From: Stegostoma tigrinum
Lineage: Eukaryota
Direction: 5' to 3'
Assembly (NCBI RefSeq): GCF_030684315.1
Contig: NC_081360.1
Location: 51,159,424 to 51,223,423 of the forward strand
Length of the DNA: 64,000 nt
Of this stretch, positions 12,450 to 25,319 are shown one piece after another. Position numbers and translations under genes: made by a program. Each line of letters starts with the position of its first letter. Position 1 is the first letter of the stretch. The notes under the pieces were generated by a model, which did not search any database, was not told the origin of the DNA, and saw nothing but the letters and a program-made list of their open reading frames with translations.

Positions 12450-13300
12450 GGCAACGTCATCAGATTAACATTGACCAGAAATTGAACCAGACTAGCTATA
12501 CGTACACAGTCTACAAAAGCAAGTCAGATGCTCTGAATTCTGCACTGAATAACTGAACTTCTGTCTCTCTAAAAGCCTGTCCACTTTCCACATGGCACAG
12601 GTCAGCACCATGATGGGAATATTGTCCACCTATCAGAATGGGTGCAGCTCCAACAACACCCAAGAGACTTGAGATAATCTAGGACAAAGCTGCCTGATTG
12701 ATTGGCATCTCATTCACCACTTTGAACATGCACTGTCTTCGCCACAAATGCACAGTTGCAGCAATGTATGCCATATTCAAAATGCACTGCAGAAATTCGC
12801 CAATTATCCTTCAACAGCACCTTTCCAAAACCTCGAAGAATGAGGGTAGCACACGCATGGGAATGCCACATATTTGTTCCCCTCCAAGTCCCTAGGCGTC
12901 CTGTCTCGGAGTTACATCACTGTTTCTTCTTTGTTGCTGGTTCAAAATCTTGAAACTATCTTCTAACTGTTCTGAGACAATGAAATGTGAGGCTGGATGA
13001 ACACAGCAGGCCCAGCAGCATCTCAGGAGCACAAAAGCTGACGGTTCGGGCCTAGACCCTTCATCAGAGGGTCCTGAGATGCTGCTGGGCCTGCTGTGTT
13101 CATCCAGCCTCACATTTCATTGTCTTGGATTCTCCAGCATCTGCAGTTCCTATTATCACTTCTAACTGTTCTGTACATGTTTTTACACTCCAAGGACTAT
13201 GGAGTTTCAAGAAGGCAGCTTATCCACTTTGTCCAGGGCAATTACAGAGTGGTGTTAATTGATAGCTTAGACAATGATGCCAACATTCCTTGAATGAATT
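12450..13300 (+). mobile_element. CR1/L2-group LINE (family B) 3' fragment, interrupted by a PLE palindrome
   Basis: similar to 58830-59700 (gcagctccaacaacac, gggcaatta tail). Confidence 0.65.
12975..13158. mobile_element. Miniature palindromic PLE-terminus insertion
   Basis: inverted termini; 15-bp TSD cttctaactgttctg at 12960-12974 and 13159-13173. Confidence 0.88.
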
Positions 13301-14234
13301 TTAAAAGTCCATTACTGAAGTAAATATTTATTCTCCACTTTCGCATGTGAGTGTGTGAATAAAGATATACTTACACCACTTGCATTAAAAAGATGTGGAA
13401 CTTCAGATGGCGGTGGGTGAAATCATAGTAGCCATTGGATTTCCTCAAAAATGAACTTGATATAATATTTGACATCACCCAGTAAGTTCTGTTAAGATTG
13501 ATCAAACCATAAGACACAAAACATACAAGTGTTGACTGGTAACGACTTTTCCCCAACCTTTTTTTTTCTCTTTCCACCCAGCATCTTTGCATGGTGATAC
13601 AGCTGAGGCTGGTAACACAATGGAAAGGAAAATCAAAATCATGTTGGACCTGCCTTATTTCTTCAGAAACTGCCAACCAGTTACAAGCATGAATGCAAAA
13701 AAAAGTTGAATAATTTCAAATATTCAAAATGTTGTGTATTGCTCACAACAATTGCTATTAGCCTAAAGTTTATTCACGTATTCTTGCCTTCATAGTCAAA
13801 TTCAGCTGCATCATTAAAGAGGAAAACTGAGTGGAAATAAATTGCCTTCTCAGGAAAAAAAATAAAATTAGCAGCAAGGTTGTTACAAATTGATACTTGC
13901 AGTGTATCATAATTTCTGGGTTGATCAATCTTAATGTAAATTATTGAGCGATGACACATTATATCAACATTATTACTGAAGAAATCCTACTATGATTTTA
14001 TTTCCTGAGACCTGAGTTTATTTGGCTTTTGTTTACAGATAGGCAAATGGATAGATAAGAATATTACTGAATATCTTGTAGCCTCACAAAATAAACTTCA
14101 TCTTGAGGTATGTGATAGAGGAGCATAATGTCAGATAATATTATTCAATGGCCCTTGCTAGTCATGCTAAGGTTCTTTAGTGGATAATTTTCTTTCAAAT
14201 TTTGCTTAATATTATTAATTTAAATTTTCATTAG

Positions 14235-14382
14235 TGACACTGGAAGTGTAATGAATGTTGGGATTCTGGACATCTTTGGGTTTGAGAACTTTAAGAAGAA
14301 CTCCTTTGAACAACTCTGTATCAACATTGCCAATGAACAGATCCAATTTTACTTCAATCAACACATCTTCGCTCTTGAACAG
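14235..14382 (+). CDS. MYO3B: MYO3B exon, switch II and relay ([44 protein letters not shown])
   Basis: ttAG / GTaggt; 148 nt, phase 2 to 0; canonical DIFGFE and NSFEQLCIN motifs. Confidence 0.97.
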
Positions 14383-15889
14383 GTAGGTTCAATTAGAAGT
14401 TGGTCAAAATTCTATAAAGTGACAGAATAGGATTTTTTTTCTTTTAGTTTTGTAATAAAGAGTAAAGAATATTTCCTATTTCTTGGATGTTTTATAAGGG
14501 GTCTTCAGACCTATCCGACCACCTGAAAACTTTGCCTCAACAATATGGTACTTCATGGCGATCCCATGGTTCTGATTGTATCTGAGCTATTTAAGTGTGT
14601 TGGGTTTGAAAAGCACATCTTAGCCATGAAGGAATGCAATGTCATAGTTCTTGGCCTTAAGCATTCATCACATTCTTCCTGCAAGATAGGACATTGTTAG
14701 GTAAAGAACATAGTACTCACTGACTACCAAACTGTTACAAACTTGTATGATCCTTCTGTGGCAATAATTTGATGTGGTCAAAGAAACCATCTTCTTTCAT
14801 TGCCTTTCCTTCAATGTTCCACTCCATACAACTGCCCTTACTTGGTTCTACTCTTACCTCTTTAATTACCCCTCTAGACAAAGCATCTTCTGCTTCGGAT
14901 TTTTGTCCCCATTGTTATGATCCCAGACATTTTTGTTTTTTAAAAAATGAATCCAAATTCCCAGTTCTTTACTGGATGAATGAAGCCATGCAATTCCACA
15001 GTTTAAATCAGAGTGATTTTGTCTTCACAAGAATCAAGCAAAGCATATATTGAATATTATCCTAGGTAAACTCCTACACTCTAAAGCCCCAAATCAGTAT
15101 ACTTATTAATGAGAAATCACAGTCAAGTTGTCATTGATTATAAAATATGAGTAACACATTAAAGGGCAGATGCAACTAAGACAGAGCTTTTGAATTGGCT
15201 CTGCAGCATACTCAGAATTCATGTCATCAAACTCAGTCTTAAAGATCTTCAAAACTGTCTTCCTCACAAATAATTTCAGTGCCTCATCTTCTAAGATTTA
15301 GCTTCATCCCGAGCTTAAAGAACAACACAACCCTGAGCTCTACCAGCATGGACACATTTCACACATCGGGAGAACCTCCTCAGCTCTGCTTATGACGACC
15401 TGGATGGTGTAGATTCAGAAATTTTATCTTTTTGAGTAACAGAAACAGCTGCAGCATCTGGATCTTTTTGTATTCTCAGCCTTTAGAACTAGCCCCTTTC
15501 GGTTTTCCTCAGCCTGCCTGTACTGCACTGGAATTATTTTCTTCATTGAGCTTTAATTTACATGGCCTCAACCAATTCCAAACACCCTAAAGGCTTTGGA
15601 TTTTGATCTCACTTTTAATATTAGTTCCCTGAGAAACAGAAAAGGTGAGTTTCCATTCCAAGTACCCCTTTTAGTCATGACCTGTGTCAAAAAAATATCA
15701 ACTCTGAAACCATGGATCCCAACACATCATCCGCACCATTACTTCTGGTGGAGTCCCCCAAGAATCTGTCTTTAGTTCCTTCTTTTCTTCATGAACATGC
15801 CATCTCTATGTGACATCAACTACTGATGTGATGACAGAGTCCATATGCACACAGGACACCCAACTCTACCTTTAGATAACTTATTCTGA

Positions 15890-16740
15890 ATTTTTTTGTA
15901 ATTCACTTGTAGGATGTGGGTGTCACCAATTGGCTGGCCAGAACTTATTGCCCATCCCAACTGTCTTTAAGAGGGTAGTGAAGAGCTGATGCCTTCAGCC
16001 ATTGTAGTCCATTTGCTGTAGGTAGACCCACGACTCTGGTAGGGAGAGAATTCCAGGGTTTTGATCCAATGACACCAAAGGAACTGGGATATATTTCCAA
16101 GTTAGAATAGCGAGTGGTTTGGTGGGGGCTTACATGTGATGGTATTCCCATGTATCTACTGCCCTTATCTTTCTAGATAATGGTGCTTGTGGGCTTGGAA
16201 GGTACTGTCTAATGATCTCTAGTGAATTTTTGCAGTTCATCTTTTGAATAGTACACACTGCTGCTACTGAGAGTCGGGTGGTGGAGGAGTTGACTGTGGT
16301 GCCAGTCAAGCAGACTGTTTTGCTCTGGATGGTGTCAAGCTTCATGGGTATTGTTGGAGCTGCAATCATTCAGGCAAGGGGGAGTATACAAACATACTTC
16401 TGACTTGTGCCTTGCAAATGGTGAGCAGGCTTTGGGAAGTCTGGAGGTGAGTTGCACACTGCAGGATTCCTACCCTCTAACCTGCTCTTTGATGAGTGTA
16501 TTTATTTGGTGAGTCTCTTTGAGTGTCTGGTCAATGGTAACACCCAGAATGTTGATAGTAGGGGATTTAATGATGATAATGCCAATAATTGCCATGGTTT
16601 GGTTAGATTGTTGCTTACTGGAGAATGTTGGTGCCTGGCATTTGTGTGGTACAAATGCTGCTTGCCATTTTTCAGCCCAAACCTGGATATTGTTTTGCTG
16701 CATTTGATCATGGACTGCTTCAGTACCTGAGGAGACATGA
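15890..16740 (-). mobile_element. CR1/L2-group LINE (family B) 3' fragment
   Basis: minus-strand peptides IQVWAEKWQAAFVPHKCQ, INILGVTIDQ, KLDTIQSK. Confidence 0.75.
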
Positions 16741-18057
16741 ATAGTACAAAAACAAAGAAAATTACAGCACAGGAACAGGCCCTTTGGCCTTCCAAGCCTG
16801 CACCGATCCAGATCCTCTGTTTAAACCCATTGCCTATTTTCCAAGGATCTGTATTCCTCTGCTCCCTGCCCATTTCTGTATCTATGTAGATACAGAATAC
16901 AGAATAGTGTTGAACGTTTGGACATTGCGTAATCATTGGTGAATATTCCGATCTTATTCTTCCAATATCTTTGTGTTTTCATATAACTTGTTGATATAGA
17001 GTTTTGTATTAGTTCCAGTTTCCTTCACTTAATCTTTGGGAAGTAATAACATCTTTAGCCCTACCACAAACTTCATAGTCTTGACCCTGACACCATTCCC
17101 TTCTCTGATAAATGTCTCAGCCTGAACCACACTACTTATATTCTTAGCCCATGAGCTAACATTTGTATTTTCTCTAATCTCCACAATAAGAAAGCATTTA
17201 ATTCGACCACCATACAATTTCTTCCCTCTGCCCCCGTCTCAGTGCACCTATCGCTGAAACTGACTTATTTAATTGACTCCGACAGTACAAACAATTCTAA
17301 TTATCATCTAACTGTTTTTTCGCTCATTTCACCCTCCTTAAATTTCAACTTATTCAAATGTCTGCCTACTTTATCCTGTCTTCCACCTAATTCTGGTCTC
17401 CCCATCAAAATTGCAGTGTTTCAGAATTAAAACTCTCATTCTCAGGTTAACTTTTCCTCATATTTTTCTTTTCCTTATCTCTCTAACAAGCACCTTCTTG
17501 AGACCGATCAGGTTGGAATTAAGTCTGAGTTTCTGAGAACACCTTCACCACGGGGATGTCCTCTCAAAACTATTTTTAAAAAAATAAAGTCAGAAGTATG
17601 AAAATTAGGCAGACAGCCATGATAGGTGAGACAAATGGTTTGCAGGTAATCCTTCTGCAAGGTGATCAGTGGCAGCAGCTATGTCTGGCAGGCATGAAAG
17701 GCTTCTCTATGATCCTGCCTGTGGTTTCCTGTCTTCCAGGCAGTGACAACTGAAAACTGGAGTGGACTGGAAAATATCCAGCAACCTCCTTTAACTGCAT
17801 CACCAAGTTTCATGTGGAAATTGATATCCTTGCCAGTCCTCACATTTCACCTTCCTAAAAACGTTTGGTGCTGGAAATGGAATTGGAAAACTGGCACACT
17901 AGTCAGCACCAGTAATTTTCAGCCGTATCTGCCTTTTGTTCCTGATCTTGACAAGGCCAGAAATTCAGTCCGCAGTTTCTGAACCTGTTATGATGAAGTG
18001 TTAGTGGAGGAACGGGCGCATCTCTGAACCATTTCCCAATGTATGTTGTGATGAAAA

Positions 18058-18250
18058 ATGAGAAATCACACGACACCAGGTTATAGTCAAATAGGTCTAT
18101 TTGAAAACACAAGCTTCGGAGCCTCAGTCTTTCTTCGTGTGTTAGGATGAGGCTCCAAAAGCTTGTGTTTTCAAATAAATCTGTTGGACTATAACCTGGT
18201 GTTGTGTGATTTCTGACTTCTTTCACCCCACTCCAATACCAGCATCTCCA
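18058..18250. mobile_element. Palindromic insertion of a different PLE-like terminus
   Basis: aaatcacacgacaccaggttatagtc mirrored by gactataacctggtgttgtgtgattt; flanked by imperfect gtYgtgatgaaa repeats. Confidence 0.65.
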
Positions 18251-19009
18251 CGTCGTGATGAAAGGTCTGTAACAGATTTGGATTTTTTGGAGACAAGAAC
18301 CAGCGGACATGGGTTAAGCTAAGGCATTATCCCTTTTAAGAACTTAGAAATGGCTATGTTGTAACTTGTGTCCCCTGATGTTTGTATTCACTACGGAGGA
18401 CTACCCAGACTCGAGTTCGTTGGGACAAACTTTACCCCAATTTTCATAAATTCATGAGCCTTCTATCTCATTTTAACAGGAGTTTCTACCACAAGAATGG
18501 AAGTTCACTCAAAATCTTAAGATGGGCAACAGTATAGTGAAAACTCTGTCTGACTAGCCGTGTGATGCTGATCCTGCCACTGACCCATTTTTAAATGCAA
18601 ACCGGGTGTTAGTCAGCATTTTCTTTCCAGCTGTAAAAGCCTCCAAGGTCTATGCTTGCAGCGACTTCTGGAAACAGGAGTCAGTGCTGCAATTGGCGTA
18701 CCAACAGCGCTCGCTGTGTAATGACCTTTGGAGTGGCTGCAGAATTGCATCTTAGAAGTAATATTAGTACCAGTGACATGAAAATGCCTCAAAACTTTCA
18801 CTTGCACTGGTGGCCTATTCTTCTATTCCTTTATTTGAAATCCAGCTCTTCAGTAACTTTGAATCATTTACAAAGTATCTATTCAGGAATATATCGGCAC
18901 AGTAAAATTACTGTACCAGCATTATAATGCAAAGTCAAGTTAGTCTTTACAGAAATGTGACTTAGTTGCTGTCTTTTTTTCAAATCAAGCAGATTATTTT
19001 CTTTACTTG

Positions 19010-22000
19010 TTGATAGGATATGAGCGTTGCTGGCAAGTCCAGAATTTAATGCCCATCCTTAGATGTCCTTGAGAAAGCATTGATAAGCTGGCTTTTGAAT
19101 TCCTTCAGTCATTGTATGTTGACACGGTAGCAGTGCTAATGGGGAGGAGTTCCAGGATTTTAACCCAACAGCAGTGATAGAACAACACTATATATCCATG
19201 TTAAGATTGAAGAGAACCTACAGGCAGAGATGTCCCCCCACCATATGCCTGCTATCCCTTTTCTTGTAAGTGGCAGAGATTTGGGGGTTGGAAGATACTA
19301 CTGAAGATGTCTTGGTAAATTGCTACTGTGCACCTTTAGGTGTACAATGATGGCACTGTGCGCTGCTGGTGGCAGGAGCAAACTTTGGAGATGGTGGTTG
19401 GAATACCATTGTAATGAGTTACTTTGTTCTGGGTGGTGCTGAGCTTCTGTTCTGTTACTGAAGCTACCCTTTCCAGCCAAGTAGGATGTATTTCTTTATA
19501 TACAGGAACTTGTATCTTGTTGACAGTGGACAGATTTGGGTACTGAGAAAGTGAGTTATTTTGTGTAAAGTTCCCAGTCTCCGGCTTGCTGCTGAAGTCA
19601 TTGTATTTCTCAGACTATCCCAGGTTAACTCCAGGCCACTCAGGTTTCTAGTCAAAGGCATCCCCACAATGTTGATGAGTGAATCAGTAATGGCAATCCC
19701 ATTGAATGTCAATGGTGAGATGCTCTATTTCTGAAGGTAGCCATGACCTGCCACTTGTCTGAGACCAGTATTACTTGACACTTAGAAGCACAGGCCTGAA
19801 TATTGTCTCTGTGGAATATGGGCATAGGCTGCCTCAGTATCTGAGGAGTTGAGAATAGTACTAAGGACTGAGAAATCATAAACAAACAATCCCATCTTCT
19901 GCCCTTATGATGATGGAACATCACTGATGAAACACCTGCAAATGTTTGGACTTGGGACATGACCTGAAGGAGGTCCTGTAGACATGGAGCTGAGCTGACC
20001 ACATTTCTGTTAAGTATGACTCCAAGGAGAGTTTCTTCTTGAATTCTTCAATCTTACTAGAGCTCTTTGATGTCACACTCAGCTAAATTGCCATGATGTA
20101 AGGGCAGTAACTATCAGCTTACCTTTGGAATTCTGTTCTTTTTTCCAATGTTTGAAGCAAGACTGTATTAAGGGTTTGAACTGAGTCACTTTGGGAAAAC
20201 CCAACTGAACATCAGTCAGCAAAAAATTGCTACTGTGGTAGCTATACTAGAATAGCTTGGTTAGGGCCTTGGCTAGTTCTGGACCACAAGTTCTCCATAT
20301 TTCAGGGGAGATATTGTTGGAGCCCACAGCCTTTGGATCCAGTGAGTTCAACCTTTCTTAGTATTGAGTGAAGTGAATTGAATCCGCTAAGACCTGGGAA
20401 CATCATTTTGAGGACCTCAGGAAAAGGTTGAGATAGATCAGCCACTGGCACTTTTGGCTGAAGCTGATGGCAAATGCACAACCTTGACTTTGCACTGATG
20501 TTCTGGGCTCTGCAAATGTAGATGGAGCAATGTGTGAGCCCGCCTCCTTCCATCAGTATCCCGTCTCCAGCAGGATTTCTGTGCTGAGCTTTTTTCCTGT
20601 CCACTGAAATTAATTTCACTGTCCTTTCTAGTGTTTGATCAGCCATTTGCTGAAATCTGTTTTCACAGCCGCATCACATTCCTTAGCGACTACCTCTGGA
20701 TCAGACGTCCCCACATGGATTCCAGCTGAAGTTTAATCTTTCGTGCTTTGAATCCACCCAGGATCACGGGTATTTCTGTGATGTTCAGCATTCCGCAGGC
20801 AACTTGCAGGTTCTTGCCACATCTTCACATTCACACTCAGTGCCATGTGGCATCATATGAACGCACTCAACCTCCCTCTCCAACATCATCGCATCAGTCT
20901 GGCTCAGGCTGCACCGTTCCACAGTTCCACTTCATCCTCCAGCTCATTCTTCAGGCTAACCAGAAAGTTTTTTTTTTACTTTTCAGGTATCAAGGCAGAC
21001 AAGATGCAACAACTCAGAGATACCCACGGACTTCTGGAACCTACCTCCCCTACCCTTCCCTCTGACTTCATCCCCTCCCTCTACCCCACCTCCTGTTGGG
21101 TATTCACCATCCCTCCTAACCTTCCACACTCTGATGTTGAACGTTCTGTACTCAGCAAAGGTCTTAGCTTTATCCCTCTGCATCCCCACCTTAATGAATT
21201 TCAGGCACGACATGATGTCTAACTTTACTTCCGCCATCTTTGCCTCCAGGTACTTTTCGTTGGACGAGCATCCTCTCCCCGTTGCACAGACCCCCGCATC
21301 CTATTCCAACACTGTCCCTCCACCTGGAACCTCCCTGTGGCCTTTTACCTGCACTTAATCTGTTCATAGAGAACTGTCAATGTGATATTGGACACCTCAA
21401 TTTCTCTGCCCCCTGTCACCTAACGCACCCTATCTCCCTCCGAACTGACTGCTCTCCAAGCAGTTAGATTCAACCCTGACTTTGTTGTTAAGCCTGCTGT
21501 TAAGGGTGGTGCTGTTGTAGTCTGGTGTACTGACTTCTACATTGCAGAGGCTGAGTGCCAACGCTCAGATACGTCCTCCTATCTTCCCCTGGACCATGAA
21601 CCACCATGGTACATCAGGCCATTGTATCTACTACGGTAACTGACCTCATTTAATCTGATGATCCACCCCACTGCCTCCAAGCTGATAGTCCTCCAGCCCC
21701 ACACAACTCACTTCTACCTCCTGAAAACCCACAAATAGGACTGTCTGGACAGACCCATTTTTCCAGCCTGCTCCTGCTCCACAAAACTCATCTCTTCCTA
21801 CCTTGACTCAGTATGTTCTCTCCTGGTCCAGTCCTGCCCACATACATCTGTGATTTCTCTGACACTTTACGCCAGTTTCAGAATTTCCAGTTTGCAGGCT
21901 CTAGCCGCCTCCTGTTTACCATGGACATGCAATCCCTGCACATGACCATTCCCCACCAGGAGGGTCTTAGGGCAGTCTGCTTCTTCCTGGAGCAAAGACC

Positions 22001-24140
22001 TGAACTGTCCCCTCTCAACATGACCCTCCTCCATTTGGCCAAGGCCGTCCTCACCCTTAACAACTTCTCTTTTAACTGCTTTTGTTTTCTTCAGGTCAGA
22101 GGGCTACCCATGGGTACCCACATGGGCCTCAGTTATATTTGTCTCTTTACAGGGTGTGTGGAACATTCCTTGTTCCAGTTCTATTCTGGTTCCAACCCAC
22201 AACTCTTTCTCCAATGTATCAATGATATCATTGGTGCTGCTTCCGTCTCTCAGCCAGAATTGAAAAAAGTTCACCGATTTCACTTCCACTTTCCACCCTG
22301 CCCTCACTTTCACCTGCCCAACTCTATTTTCTCCCTTCCCTTCCTCAACATCTCTATTTTCATTTCTGAGGATGGACTGGCCGCTAATATCCACTATAAA
22401 CCCACTGACTCTCACAGCTACCTGAACTGTACATCCTCACATCCTGCTTTCTGTAAAGACTCCATTCCATTCTCCCACTTTCTCTGCCTCCATTGCGTAT
22501 GTTCTCATAAGGCCAACTTTGACCAGGGAGCCTCCGAAATGCCCACCTCCTTCTTCAACTGAAGATTCCCTAGTACCGTTGTTGACAGGGCCCTCAACTG
22601 GGTTCGATCCATCTCCTGCACTTCTGCCCTCACCTTCTCTCTTCCCTCCCGCAACAGTGAAAGGGGTCCCCTTGTCCTTACCTGCCATCCCACCAGAATC
22701 CACGTTCAGAAGATCATCAGCAACCATTTCTGCCACCTTCAGTGACATGCCACCACCAGACATGTATCCCCCTCCCCTCCCCTCCCTTGTTCACCTTCCG
22801 CAGGAATTGTTCCCCTGGGAAACCCTGGCCCACTTTTCCTTCATTCCCAACACCTGCCCCACTGGCCCACGCATCTCCCCCGCAACTGCGGAAAGTATAA
22901 CAACTGCCCATTTACCTCCTCCCTGCCCAGACTGACTCATCGGTTGTGAAATTGCTTTGCTCTGTCTCTAACGTACTGCTTTCATTGTTCAATGTACATG
23001 CAATTCTTTGTTGTAGCCTCACCAGACATTTTAGATATATCTGGGCTTCTTCTTGCATGTTCATCGAACCATGATTGATCCTTTGGTTTGTTATTGACAA
23101 TATAATGAATGATATGCTGGGCCATGAGATTACAGATTAAGGTTGAATGCAACACAGTTGTTGATGGTCTTTTGAAAGCTTATGTGTGCCCAGTTTTGTG
23201 GTACAAGTGCATTCTGAATCTATCCTGATTAGCAATTATGCCACAAACACAACAGAGGCTAGCCTTAATGTAAAGACATGACTCTTTCTCTGCAAGGACT
23301 GTACAGCAGTCACTCCTACCAGTATTGTCTTGGACAGATGCGTCGGTGGCATGCAGATTTGTGAGGGCAAAATCAAATGGGTTTTTCCATTTTGTCGGTT
23401 CTCTCATCACTTACAGCAGGTTCAATCTGGCAGATATGTCCTTCAAGACACAGCCAACTTTGTTAATACCTGTGCTACTAAGTCCCTCTTGTTAATGGAA
23501 TTTAAAGTCACCTACCCAGATTACATACTATGCTCTTATTATCTCATTGCTAGTCCCAAGTGGTCTTCAACGTAGAGGTATTATTATTTTCCATTTGGTG
23601 GAGGTGAGTAAGTGATAGGTTTCCTTACCCATATTTGACCTTAACCATGAGTATTGAGAACTGGAATGTAAGGTATGAATGCTCAGACCACCCAATAAGA
23701 GACTATAAGACCATAAGATGTAGGAGCAGAATTAGGCCATTTGGCCGATTGTATTTGCTCCACCATTCGATTGTGACAAATATTTTTGTTTCTTAATCTC
23801 ATTCCCCTGCCTTCTTCCTGCAACCTTTGATCCCCTTACTAATCAAGAATCTATCTATCTCTGTCTCAGTTACACTTCTGTGGCAATGAGTTCCATAGGA
23901 TCACCACCCTCTGGCTGAAGGAATTCTTCCTCATCCAGTTTTAAAGGGTTCTCCCTTCACTCTCAACCATATGCCCCAGAAGCATCATATTTCTCATTTA
24001 TGCTTATGGTTTGTCCGACCAATTGTACCCAGAGATTACAATGGAAGAGTCTGGGACATTGACAGAAAGTTAAGACTCTGTAAGTGTGATAATGTCAGGT
24101 AGTTGTTTGACTAGTCTATGACACAGCTCTCCCAATTTTG
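19010..24140 (-). mobile_element. Long decayed family-B LINE, interrupted by a PLE (20650-22935) and a CR1 3' end (23700-23975)
   Basis: same tail as other family-B copies near 19020-19060; RT-like peptides 19464-20002; EN-like MREPTKWKNPFDFALTNL at 23180-23410. Confidence 0.6.
20650..22935 (+). mobile_element. Penelope-like element, decayed RT region
   Basis: VLSKGLSFIP, ORF 21813..22562 (LFTMDMQSL...GLPMGTHMG...KPTDSHSYL). Confidence 0.85.
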
Positions 24141-24659
24141 CCAGATGTTATATTCAATAAAGCCGTTGGCTAAAGAATAGAATTGGAGACAATCTTTACA
24201 CATTTTTGTATTAATTTAGAATTGCATCCCAGAGGGAAGTGCCTTCTAACCAAATAACCAGAATTTCAGCCTGTGTCTATTTATCAGCATTTTAATCCAT
24301 CACCAATTAGTATCCATCATCTCCATACAATTAAAGCATAATTAATTGACAATTGACAATAGTAAAATAATGGTTATGGCACAATTGATTGATTAAAATT
24401 TAATATACCATGGTACAGAGTAAAATTTGCACTGGTATAACCACAATTAATCTGATTCTCTTTACGTTTATAGACAATATTGCATATCTAGAAAGGCTTG
24501 TGTTAGAGTTGTTAATATCCAGCTTTGTAATACTGTTCATATACAACAAAAAATAGTGGGTTTAAAGACAAGGTGCTCTTTCACCTTTGTAAAATACTAA
24601 TCACAGCCACGCTATTTTGTATTTCTAACTCATAAGGTTTTGCTTATGATCACTTGTAG

Positions 24660-24813
24660 ATTGAATACCAAACTGAGGGGATTGATGCTACACTTGTTGA
24701 ATATCAGGATAATCGGCCAATACTGGATATGTTTCTTCAGAAGCCAATGGGCTTATTGTCTCTGCTGGACGAAGAAAGCCGTTTCCCTAAAGCATCTGAC
24801 CAGACGCTTGTAG
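24660..24813 (+). CDS. MYO3B: MYO3B exon (IEYQTEGID...[35 protein letters not shown])
   Basis: tgtAG / GTaag; 154 nt, phase 0 to 1; LLDEES motif. Confidence 0.96.
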
Positions 24814-25319
24814 GTAAGAATAACAGCCAGACAATTTATATTTATACAGAACCCTTCACACCAAAAATGTTCCAATATACGGCACAAACCTTATTATTAA
24901 GGTGCCTGCCACATCAGGAAGGAATAGATTGAAGGATGACCAAAAAAACAGGCTAAAGGAATAGAGTTCCATGAGGTTTCTAAAGGTTGAAAATATTGTG
25001 CATATACACAAATATTTAGGGAAGATCGTCAAAAGGACATAATTTATGCAGCTGAAGGCTCTGCCCCCAGTATTTACATCTTTATTGTTTATATTAGCAA
25101 CTCTGAAAAGATGCCATTTATTGCCTATGTTTAATTGGCTGCCGTCTTAACTACAGTAGGCCTTACAGTGATGATAATTCTACCCCCATGAAGGTTTTAG
25201 GTAGGGATTTTAGGGCTTTGACCTGGTAATAGTGAAGCAAAGGAGATATGTGCCTGAGTTAGAATCCCAAGATATTGCTGCTGTTATCTTTGTTGGTAGA
25301 GGTTATGGGACTGGAATAA

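Noticed and set aside
24729-24932. Stand-alone 67-aa ORF
   Set aside because: It is the MYO3B exon reading through its donor site into the intron.
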